A stretch of 64,000 bases of DNA from Callorhinchus milii (Eukaryota), in the NCBI RefSeq assembly GCF_018977255.1, contig NW_024704742.1, forward strand, positions 49,168,001 to 49,232,000, written 5' to 3'. A program made the position numbers and the translations under genes. How positions within the stretch are numbered: position 1 is the first letter of the stretch; every line of letters starts with the position of its first letter. Of this stretch, positions 52,345 to 63,364 are shown piece after piece. The notes below the pieces were generated by a model. That model searched no databases, was not told the DNA's origin, and saw only the letters and a program-made list of their open reading frames with translations.

Positions 52345-52483
52345 CTATATTAATAGCAGTTTCCTGCTTGTCTCCTGTAATGATCCAGATTTTGATGTCT
52401 GCTTTGAATAATGTTTCTATGGTTTCTGGCACTTGGTCTTGAAGTCTATCTTCAATTGCTGTAGCTCCAAGCAACTGCAGATT
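52345..52483 (-). CDS. ATP8A1: ATP8A1 coding exon (139 nt), P domain
   Basis: [46 protein letters not shown](G); GATAIED and TGDK motifs; ttgatAG / GTATGG. Confidence 0.97.
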
Positions 52484-53834
52484 CTATCAAAACGACATGG
52501 AAAGTAATTAGTAGCAGAGCAAATAGGTAACCTTATCAAAGCATTTACTGCACAGGTTACCAAGCTAAGTACAACCATATTGACAAAGGGTTTGCCAATT
52601 CTGAGCAAACTAGAATTCCAGTGTTGACCACCAAGATTTTAACCACAGGTTTGAGAACATTCCTTGAAATGCTCTGTCACAGAAAGCGGATGTAAATTTC
52701 ACTTCATGGCTGCTTGTCAGATACCTCTTTGTGCAAACCGGTTGCTGTGTACACCTACAAAATACAGTCACCACATGTTATAGTATTTCCTGTGAGGACA
52801 TGACAAATGCTTTATCGAATACAAGAAATCTTATTAATTTTTCATTTAAAGGATATTATCAGTAAAACGATAGTAGGAACAATGATGCTCGACAATAAAT
52901 GCGCTTTGTTTTATTCTACCCTCCATTCAAATGTCTTGAGTTATTTGAAGGCCAAGGTGTTTTATTGGCTATAGTCAAACATTAGTTACGTACTTTACAC
53001 ATTTTTTTTCTCGGCATCAGAGAACATTAAATATGGCTTTTATGAACAGAAAAAGAACATTTTTTCCAACAGTCGTATCCTGTTGATATTAAATCCTAAC
53101 CAAATGCTTTATTATAATAATCCTTGCATTTGATATAGCGCCTTATCACGTTGTCAAAACATCTTCAGAGGATACTGTGTAAAGTTAATTGACTGTGTAT
53201 TTTGCTTTCTCACCATAACTCCAAAAAAATTCTCTTTAGATACGCATCTGATTGTCTCTTGAACCTATCCATAAATTGATTACCCTTTCTATAAACAAGG
53301 TCTGCCTGACTTCCTAGTTACTCCTAATTTCTAACTTGTGTTCCCTGGTATTTGACCTTTCACTAAAGTGAATAATTTCCCTGCACAAACCTCTGCTTCA
53401 TGACCTTGAAAGCATCCGTAGGGTCATCTTGATGTCTCCTCTCCTATTTTCCTAAAGAGAAGAAACTCTTTACCCTTTGTTTGTTAACCTTTCCTTAGGA
53501 CTTAAATTCCTGACACTTAGAATCATCCACTTTGCTCGTTTCACCTGTTTACTCTCTCAGGATGATATCCTTCCTCTAGCGTACAATAAATACAAACAGT
53601 AAGTCTTAAGATGGATAGGTTCTTAAAATCTTTGCAGCTTGAATGCGGTAGAATTTATCAAGGGAGAAGTTGAAAGATTCCCAGAGTGTCAGTTGAGTGG
53701 CTGTTCACTAAGAGTAAACATTGTAAAAATTGTAATGATCAAAGTGGCTGGACTAGATTTCCAAGTCAGTGGATTTCCAGGTCAGATGCCCAGAAGTGAT
53801 GCTGAACTTATACAGTGCTCTAGTCAGGTCAGAT

Positions 53835-54640
53835 AACAACAGTTTGCATTTATAAATGTTTTTAGAAATACAAACTGTTGTTGTGTGGCCTGACGAGAAC
53901 ACTGTATAACTTCAGCATCACTTCATTCAGGGTAGCGTCTCAGAGCACTGAACAGTGGCAGAGCGGGTAGAGGGGATGTCAAACAGGAAGGTCTTGGGGT
54001 GTGATCTGAAGACAAACTAGGAGCGGGCAAGGTGGATGGATTGAGGCAGAGGTTTCCAGAGCTCAGGGTCTAGTGGCTAAAACACAACAGCAGATCGTGG
54101 ACCGGAGTGAGAAAGGGACGTACAGCAGACCGGAGCCAGTTGAATGAAGGGGCAGATAGAGGAATGGGGTGAAAGCAGGTCGGAGAAGTAGGGAGGGCAT
54201 GAAGCGATTTGTACATGAGTGAGGATCTTATAATTAGCCTGTGCTACAATAGGGAGCCAGTCAAGCCTGGCAAGCACTGGGGTGATGCAGATGTGGGGTT
54301 TAGTACGGGTGGGGCTGGGCGGCATACTTTCGAATCAATTGGATTTTATGAATGATGGGAGCTGGGGAGACTGTTGAGGAGAGCATTGGATAAATCAAGA
54401 TGAGGGGTGACAAATGCGTGATAAGGGTTCAGCTGCATTGGGTGTGAGGTATGGTTGGAGGTGGCGGTTGTGGGCTAAATGCAGGGTCGGAAGGACAGCT
54501 GATATGGATTGTGCATATGTTCAGAGAATCTGATGAATAGGATAAGTAGGTTAATAAGGTTGGATCTGCAGGTGAGAAGACGTTGATGGAAGCCAAGAGG
54601 ATGGCTTCCGCCTTTTCAACATTCAGCTGCATAAAGTTGG
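53835..54640 (-). mobile_element. L2 3' fragment, old, tail interrupted by a fold-back
   Basis: MQLNVEKAEAILL and PVLARLDWLPI...YKILT remnants; (TTG)n tail at the left end. Confidence 0.78.
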
Positions 54641-56053
54641 AAAAAAGGTGGCTGGAAAAAAAGTCTGATACAATTTTTAATCATAACTTCTTATAATCTT
54701 CTGCTTGCAACCTTTTTTCTGGCAGAAGACCCGGAACAAAAAGACCCCATAAATCAAGCCGTTCAGTGCAACAGTGTGAGTAGAAACGTCTATGATTCTA
54801 TGAAGTCTCAATGTGTACAGGATTCTTTGGCTCTTAAATATGGTTTTGCAATTTATCAACGGAATGAACACTTAAATAATACATTAACAATCTGTTCTCA
54901 CTTCCGTGACCACTAACTTGTTAATCATTCACCTAAGCAGTCAGTTTAACACCTCATTAGTCCACATCTACTGAAGTCCAGCCAGTGTAAAGGTACCTTT
55001 TTGAAAAAAAATCCTTTAGTCCTGAACTTTCAAGCCGCAATTTAAGGAAAACTTTTTTCAAACAATTTTTGTGTAACAAATACTACATATGGATTTGTAG
55101 ATTTTTGATAAGTCTAGATGGCAATAATGGAAAATCAGTTAATATTTCTTAGTGCAAAATTCTGCTTCAAATTTAACTACAGCCCATCAGAAACCTTACA
55201 AAAGTTGTTGTTGACCGAGTGCAATAGCTTATTCCTAGGCCAGGGAACTACAAAATAAGTCACTGGTTAAGCATTTCATATTAACAATGTTTAATTTGGT
55301 GGCAAATACTTTGGAACTTCAAAGTTCCATGGTTGCATGAAATTATATTGAAACATTTTTGTTCATCCTAGTTTATCGACCATTTTCTTTTTTAATGGTT
55401 AATTCCTCACTTATGTAGTGATGGAAGTTGGTTTATTTACTGGTAGGTCATTAAATAAAGGAGCCACAAAGCTGTTCTATGATTCAATACTGCCATCTTC
55501 TGGTAATCCTTGCTCCTTCTGGAATGTTAAATGCAACGTCTTGAAGCACTTCATAGGATAGACTAAAGTGTATTGATGGTGTATTTTGTGAGCAAAACAT
55601 GGTAAGAAGTGAGAATGCTACCACTGAGCCGGGCTGAGGTCCGAAATATGTGGTCAACAAAGGAAGCTGAGGATACCCAGCAAGATATGGGAGGAATCTA
55701 AGGGTAAATGAAGACACAGTTAAAGAGAAAGGTCTTTGGGAGGATTTTTGAAAGTGGGCAGAGAGATATTAATGCAGGGGTCTGGAAGGGAGTTCCAGAG
55801 AGCAGGACATGGTGACTGCATAAATTGACAAATATCACTGTGCCCAAAACAATATTTCTAAATATGTATTTTCTAAAACACAAAAGTAATAATTTGAAAA
55901 CATTAAGTACAAAGCGGTCAAATCAAAATATTTTTTCAATTAATAATCAGTCTAGAGAACACCGATATATACACTTCAACTCGGCTTTATCTGGAAGAAC
56001 ACATTTTAGATTGAACAGCAATTGCATTTCTTCTGAGCTGTAAGACTATCCTG

Positions 56054-57305
56054 CAACAACAACAACAAGATTCCATTTATTGAGCGCCTTTCACGTCGGG
56101 AGGACGTCCCAAGGCGCTGGACAGTTGGGTCAGGACCCAAGCAAGGGGGAAATGGTCAGGGTGAGGGGAGGGAAGGGAGGGAGCGAGGAGGGGGTAGAGA
56201 GTCGAGAGGGGAGCTGAAGGCACAGTCAAAGAGAAAGGTCTTGAGACCGGCCTTGAAGGAGGAAAGGGAGGAGGCGGTGAAGGCACTGGGGGATAGAGTT
56301 CCAGAGCCTCGGGGCTGAGAGGCTGAAGGCCCGGCCACCGATGGTAGGGCGGTTGGGGCGGGGGATGTGGAGCAGACCGGAGCCAGAGGAATGGAGGGTA
56401 CGGGCAGGTAGGTAGGGGGATAGTAGGTCGGAGAGGTAGGAGGGAGCGAGGCCGTGAATGGCCTTGTAGGTGAGGATGAGGATCTTGAATTCAATCCTCT
56501 GGGGGATGGGGAGCCAGTGGAGGCGAGCGAGGGTGGGAGTGATGTGGTCGCGAAGCCTGGTGCGGGACAGTACACGAGCTGCAGAGTTCTGAATGACCTG
56601 CAGCTTGTGGAGGGAGGTGCTGGGAAGGCCGGCGAGGAGAGAGTTCCCATAGTCCAGCCTTGAGGTGATAAAGGCATGGACCAGGGTTTCAGCAGCGTGA
56701 GGGGTGAGGTAATGCCGTAGTCTGGCGATGTTCCGGAGGTGATGGAAGGCGGTGCCAGTTGTGGTGCGGATATGAGGGAGAAAGGACAGCTCAGGGTCGA
56801 ACAGAACCCCGAGGTTCCTGACGGCTTTGAGAGGTGGAGAGTGCAGCCTTGGATGCTGATGCTGTCAGCGCCTGAGCTGCGGAGGCGCTGACGTGAGCCA
56901 ATCAGGAGGGCCTCAGTTTTGCGCACGTTGAGCTGAAGAAAGTTGTCTCTCGTCCAGGACTCGATGTCGGACAGGCAGCTGTCAGGACATCGGTGGTCGT
57001 GAAGTTGAGGGTAGAGGAGGAAAGGTAGAGTTGGGTGTCATCCGCATACATGTGGAAGTTAACCCCATGTCTGCGGATGATGTCACCAAGGGCGAGCATA
57101 TAGAGGGTGAAGAGGAGGGGACACCGCACGAGACAGTGCGGGGGCCGGAGGAAAAACCATTTGTGGAGACAAAGTGGAGACGTTGGGAGAGGTACGACCT
57201 AAACCACTCAAGGACAGGGCCTTGAAGGTTTAGGTGGGAGGACAGGCGGTGGAGGAGGATAGCATGGCCGACCATATCGAATGCTGCCGATAGGTCGAGG
57301 AGGAC
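56054..57305 (-). mobile_element. Young L2 LINE, 5'-truncated, with RT motifs (frameshifted)
   Basis: [38 protein letters not shown]; (TTG)n tail; QGSVLG deleted near 57115-57122. Confidence 0.95.
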
Positions 57306-58326
57306 CTTTCGGCAGCATTCCTAAACTGTGAATCTACATACATAATAGTTTTGTGTGCTTTGAAATTGCTGGTTACAGGCAGCCTGGAAACCTGACCTCA
57401 CAAGGCTTCAGGAAACTCTGGGGAGTGTTGTCTATAGCCTAACGTTGTTTCATTACTACGATGGCAATTTTTACCAAATAATCATACAATACTAATAAAT
57501 ACATTTAAAAAGAGCTACAGTATATAATTTATGTCCCTTTTACAAAATGTACCACAGCTCATTTATGCATTATCAAGCCTGACTTACAGTCTGTGCCAAG
57601 GCTGGAACCAGAAATCTAATCAAATGAATCTCCACATGTCAACCTATAACCCCCTGTCAATTTATATACACATCAGGACATAATTATCTGCCTGTGAGGC
57701 CTAACATACAGACATACAACATGCAGTTCTCATTTCTAAGTGAGAAAGTTCTCAAAGATTTGACTAGGGATGGGCGGATTAGTTGCCACAGGTCAACCAC
57801 GTGCAGAGGAAATTATTATGTACTCAGAAACAAATGAAAATTAATAATTAGGTAATCAACTTTTACTTAACATTTACTTATTAAAAATATCGGAGCACAT
57901 GCACTTGTCGAAAAGCAAAATATATGCCCATTTAGAGATGGTTTCCACAAAGTGCATGATACACCCATGAGTCACAGCTTTTTTAAGCTTTCATTGTTTC
58001 ATCTGACTGCATAATTGAGGAGCTAAAAGACAAACAAAAAAGGAAGCACTTGATATCATCTTGGCTCAAGTACTTTGAGACGTTCTCCTGAGGTGAAACA
58101 CGCTATATCAAATGGAAGGTTTATGTTTGTTTATTCCTTTTTCTTAAAAAAATGGATGCTCCTTTCTTCCAGAAACATTAACCTGAATGCAAGCTGGCAG
58201 ATAGCAGTTGGAAATACATAGGAAACATCTGGGTTATAACAAATAAAACAGAAGTTAACAGAATAGGGAAGAGGAGAAAATAGAATGGAAAAGGTGACAA
58301 ACCAAACATGAGTATTTATATGTTTT

Positions 58327-58663
58327 ATAATAATAATCCTTGCATTTGATATAGCGCCTTATCATGTCTTCAAGACGGCTCAAAGTGCATCACAGAATAT
58401 ACTGTTAAATGAACTGATTGTCTATTTTGTGGATGAAACACAGCAGCCAATTACACACATCAGTGTCCCACAAAGTCATGGATTGAAGTGACCAAACAAT
58501 TTTTTATTAATCTTTTTTGAAGGAATAATTTTCCTGGAAAAGCGATCTGCCAATCGACTAACAACAGCGTTCCTACTTACTGCTAGCTAAACAGAGTCAT
58601 GTGGAGTAAGGAAACTTGCCCAACATTTCGCCCTGCAGGGAATCAAACCCAGGTCTCTCGCTT
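58327..58663 (-). mobile_element. tRNA-headed SINE, long subfamily (head truncated)
   Basis: Contains the TCTGTTTAGCTAGCAGTAAGTAGG block seen in the 36081 copy. Confidence 0.85.
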
Positions 58664-59220
58664 TTTATTTAAAAGTTTTGTGTTCACTTTAATAGATTAA
58701 GGTTAAGGACACAGCATTAAAGCTGACTTCATGTTTTATTATTAGTATTTATTTCAAGAGAGGAATTATATTCACCGTGGGCGAGGTGCACCTGCTGGGC
58801 CCACAAAGACCAGAATCTCCATAGAGTTTGCAGTTTAAAGGAGTTTAAATGAACTGGGTTAAAAAAAAGTTTGATTTAATGGTACAGTTGATTCCTGTGT
58901 GGTTGTCTAACTGCAGCTGGAGACAGTATGAGTTACACACTAAAAATACAATTCCTGCTGACGTTGATCGAAGTCTAGGTCACATTGCACATCCAGAGCA
59001 TATTCCAACACACACTTGCACAATATGTTTTCATAAATTTGAAACACAAGGTCACAGCTCCCAAATGAACCTCAAACAACATTTAAGCTCACATAGACGT
59101 CACTACCTGCAACAGTGACATTCTGCTTCAAACATAATAATATTCCTTGCTTTTGATATAGCTTCTTATCACATTGTCGAGACATCTCAAGGCGCTTCAC
59201 AGAATATACTGTAAAGTGAA

Positions 59221-59355
59221 ATGCAAAATACTGCAAATGCTGGAAATCTGACACAAAAACAGAGATTGCTGGGAACACTCAGCAGGTCAGGCAGCATCTA
59301 CGGAGAAAGGAAAGTGGGTCAACATTTCGGGTCCAAACCCTTCCTCAGAACTGGG
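59221..59355 (-). mobile_element. Penelope-like element terminus with a minimal hammerhead-like motif
   Basis: CAAATGCTGGAAATCTGA...CTCAGCAGGTCAGGCAGCATCT on the plus strand; minus strand reads CTGAGGA-A-GGGT-TTGG-ACCC-GAAA. Confidence 0.7.
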
Positions 59356-59546
59356 GGATGTTGGGAGGGAGAGGTTTTAAGGACTAACAGAGAGGTGAGA
59401 CAGGGCAAGGAAGACAAAAGAGAAAAGGGGGTGGAGGACAGGAGATGATGGGTTAACGAGGTGTTAGTGATGCAAAACAAAGGAGGGCAGCAGAGGGAGT
59501 CCAGAGACAGAAAAGGTATGTTTGGGTCCCAGTATGTTTGGGTCTC

Positions 59547-60450
59547 TCCTGGACGAGAGATAACTTTCTCCAGCACAACGTGCGCAAAACTGAGGCCCTC
59601 CTGATTGGCTCGCGTCAGCGCCTCCGCACCTCAGGCGCTGACAGCATCAGCATCCAAGGCTGCACTCTCCACCTCTCAAAGCAGTCAGGAACCTCGGCGT
59701 TTTGTTCGACCCTGAGCTGTCCTTTCTTCCTCATATCCACGCCACAACTGGCACCGCCTTCCATCACCTCCGGAATGTCGCCAGACTACGGCACTACCTC
59801 ACCCCTCACGCTGCTGAAGCTCTGGTCCACGCCTTTATCACCTCAAGGCTGGACTATGGGAACTCTCTCCTCGCCGGCCTTCCCGCCACCTCCCTCCACA
59901 AGCTGCAGGTCATTCAGAACTCTGCAGCTCGTGTACTGTCCTGCACCAGGCTTCGGGAACACATCAATCCCACCCTCGCTCGCCTCCACTGGCTCCCCAT
60001 CCCCCAGAGGATCGAATTCAAGATCCTCATCCTCACCTACAAGGCCATTCACGGCCTCGCTCCCTCCTACCTCTCCGACCTACTATCCCCCTACCTACCT
60101 GCCCGTACCCTCCGTTCCTCTGGCTCCGGTCTGCTCCACATTCCCCGCCCCAACTGCCCTACCATCGGTGGTCGGGCCTTCAGCCTCTCAGCCCCGAGGC
60201 TCTGGAACTCTATCCCCCAGTGCCTTCGCCGCTTCATCCCTTTCCTCCTTCAAGGCTGGTCTCAAGACCTTTCTCTTTGACCGTGCCTTCAGCTCCCCTC
60301 TCGACTCTCTGCCCCCTCCTCGCTCCCTCCCTTCCCTCCCCTCACCCTGACCATTTCCCCCCTGCTCGGGTCCTGACCCAACTGTACAGCGCTTTGGGAC
60401 GTCCTCCCGACGTGAAAGGCGCTCAATGAATGGAATCTTGTTGTTGTTGC
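59547..60450 (+). mobile_element. Young L2 LINE 3' fragment
   Basis: FDPELSFLPHI...HAFITSRLDYGNSLL...LHWLPIPQRIEFKILILTYKA...APRLWNSIP; (TTG)n tail. Confidence 0.95.
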
Positions 60451-61439
60451 TGATGTGCTAATGGTCACAGAAGCGGGGGAAGGGGAAGGTGAGCTGTTAT
60501 GGTAGATGGGAAGTCTTATGTGATAACTGACATGTCGCCACTGACAATGTCTTTTGATTTTCTGGCTGACTTCCAAATTGCTGAGGGCATCTACGCCACT
60601 TTAGAAGAAAAATAGCCTTTTACACCTTTGTAATATTTTTCTGGGATCATATTTGACTAGAACTTTCACATGACAAGCAATTTCACAAAAATGTGTCTAT
60701 TATACACCACATTTATGAGTAGCTACATATCAAATAGGGAGAAGTTCCACCCAGGTCTAGATTTACTCTATTTATGTAGCATGTTAGAGCATCCAGAACT
60801 TGAAAAATTCTTGTATTCAGTCACATCTTTGAAATTGGTTTTCTACAGTTCTTGAAATAACTTACAGAAAACTGGCTTCAAAAATAAGGTTGTGTTTAAG
60901 AACCAGCAAAGTTGCCAATCCCAGGATGGGTAACAGAGAGGAAGATTTACATAAGGATAAAGATTTGTAGGAGCAAGCTCTCGTCTTTGAGAATAAGTCT
61001 CAATCTTCTGTTCGTCTTCCTGCCTTTTTTCTCCCTCACTTCCCATCTCCATTCCCACTTTCTATACCTATCCTGTCTCACTGTGAGTATATTCTCTGTG
61101 TCAGTCTTCATGATGTTACTCATCAGTGCACAGTATTCCAGGGCACTGCTGACGACAGCACAGCCAGCCTGGCTCACTGGCAGGACCTGGAAGGGCAAAC
61201 CAGTCACTGGGGGCAGGGAGTCATCCCACTCCATAAATAGAGCAAATCTAGACCCAAGTCCACGAGAGAGGGAATTCTATATTTGTATAGGCCTTTTAAC
61301 CTTGCAATAAAAAGAAAAATGTACTCCCACTTCTGAAATTAAAGGTGTAAACTCTCGCATCAACTGAAAAGACTTAGCACCATCTTCATCAATGTCCTCA
61401 GCAAGAAGTCTCAGGAGAGAAAGTATCTAAAGTACTCAC

Positions 61440-61579
61440 TTTTTCAATTAGTTCGTAACACTCTTCAAGCTTGAGAATCCTGTGCTGTATTGAAGTGGCT
61501 GCAGTTTGGTATATCGCTGACCAGTTCTTGTATTCACGCTCCGAAATGTCAGCAACAGCAAAACACAAGGTTCTTAAAC
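61440..61579 (-). CDS. ATP8A1: ATP8A1 internal coding exon (1st in window, 140 nt)
   Basis: (G)LRTLCFAVADISEREYKNWSAIYQTAATSIQHRILKLEECYELIEK; P-type ATPase GLRTL motif; acceptor ttctatttgAG, donor GTGAGT; starts phase 1, ends phase 0. Confidence 0.95.
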
Positions 61580-62109
61580 CTCAAATAGAAGAGAAGATCA
61601 TGTTACACTTTCTATTTAAACAACATTAAATACAAAGAAATCATATTTTGAAATTAAGAGGAAGAGAACACAAGACCCTGTTCACCTTTCACAAGATCAT
61701 TACTGTAAATTACACCTCCCAAGTGGCTTTGAATTCCCATAGAAAATAACGGGAAATGGTGATATGAAGGATGTCATGCCACACTTATTCTACAAATGCT
61801 TGGAAAGAAACTAATATGGTTATTTCCTGGCCCAGAAATATAGGAAGGGAGGGAATACAAGGGAATTTTATTTGAGGGAATACAAGGAATTCTCCAAATT
61901 TGATGAGTTTAATAGCCATAGTTTGAATTCCCGCAATTTTATTACCAATCCTCCAGTTTACACTTTTGTAATTTAATACATTTAACACATCTACCTACTA
62001 ACCATTTCAATGTTTTGCAGTTAGAAGTACTCACACTAAAGCAGTAAACTCTTCCCTCTTTTGTTCTGACAGTGGCAAAAGCTCTGTCTCCGATCCGGCT
62101 TCCGCGCTG

Positions 62110-63272
62110 CCCATAGCACCACTTTGTTGCCTCTAACGGTTTCTCCTCCAGCCCCCGCACTATCACGTCTGGCGTCCCCAGGGCTCTGTCCTTGGCCCTC
62201 TCCTCTTTAATATCTACATGCTCCCTCTTGGTGACATCATCCGCAGACATGGGGTCAACTTCCATATAAATGCGGATGACACCCAATATCTTTCTGCTTC
62301 CACCCTCAACTCCAGGACCACTGCTGTCCTGACAGACTGCCTGTTGGACATCAAGTCCTGGATGAGGGCAAATTACCCACCGTTGAATGTGAACAAGACT
62401 GAGGCCCTCCTGATTGGCTCACGCCAGCGCCTCAGCACCTCAGGCTCTGGCAACATCAACCTCCATGGTTGCACACTACAACTCACCAGCCAGTCAGGAA
62501 CCTGGGTGTCTTGTTCGACCCTCAACTGTCTTTTCTTCCCCACATCCAAGCCATAACTCGCTCTGCCTTCCTTCACCTCCGTAACATCGCCCGACTCCGC
62601 CACTACCTCACCCCTCAGGCCGCTGAAACTCTTGCTCATGTCTTCATCACCTCCAGGTTCGACTATGCAAACGCCGTTTGTCGGCCTTCCCAACTCTTCC
62701 CTCCACAGGCTGCACATAATCCAGAACTCAAATGCAAGGATTATTATTATTAACTCTGCAGCCCGTGTCCTCTCTTGCACCAAACTCCGTGACCCCATCT
62801 CCCCCACTCTCGCCTGACTCCATTGGCTCCCTATCCTTCAGAGGATCCAGTTTAAGATCCTGGTCCTCACATACAAAGCCCTCCAATGGCCTCATCCCAC
62901 CCTACCTCTGCGACCTCCTAAAACCCTACCAACCCACCAGTTCCCTCTGCTCAGCCGGCTCTGGCCTGCTCCATGTCCCCCGACCAACCCGACCCACCCA
63001 CCCCCCCTTCATCCACTCTGCCCCCAACCTCTGGAATTCCACCCCCCAGTCACTCCACTTCGCCCCCTCCTTAGCCTCCTTCAAGTCCCGCCTCAAGACC
63101 CTCCTCTTCGACCATGCCATCGGTCACCCCCCCTTCCCTTCCCCTCTCCTCCCTTCTCCCTCCTGACCCCAGCTTGGGTCTGAAATGCTGTACACTGTCC
63201 AGCACCTTGAGACGTCCTCCCGACGTGAAAGACGTTATACAAATGTAATCTTGTTGTTGTTGTTGTTGTTGT
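62110..63272 (+). mobile_element. L2 LINE, 5'-truncated, second subfamily
   Basis: [37 protein letters not shown]; (TTG)n tail. Confidence 0.95.
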
Positions 63273-63364
63273 CTGACATTACCTTGCATTCTTATTTTTA
63301 ATCATCTTTCAATGATGGGGACCAAAATGAGGCTTGTCTTTAACAAATGAAATACACGGCTGAA

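Noticed and set aside
59538..60350. 270-aa (and 256-aa at 56156-56926) Pro/Ser-rich ORFs as novel genes
   Set aside because: They are mostly out-of-frame readings of L2 ORF2; the true L2 frame is the overlapping 59702-60280 ORF
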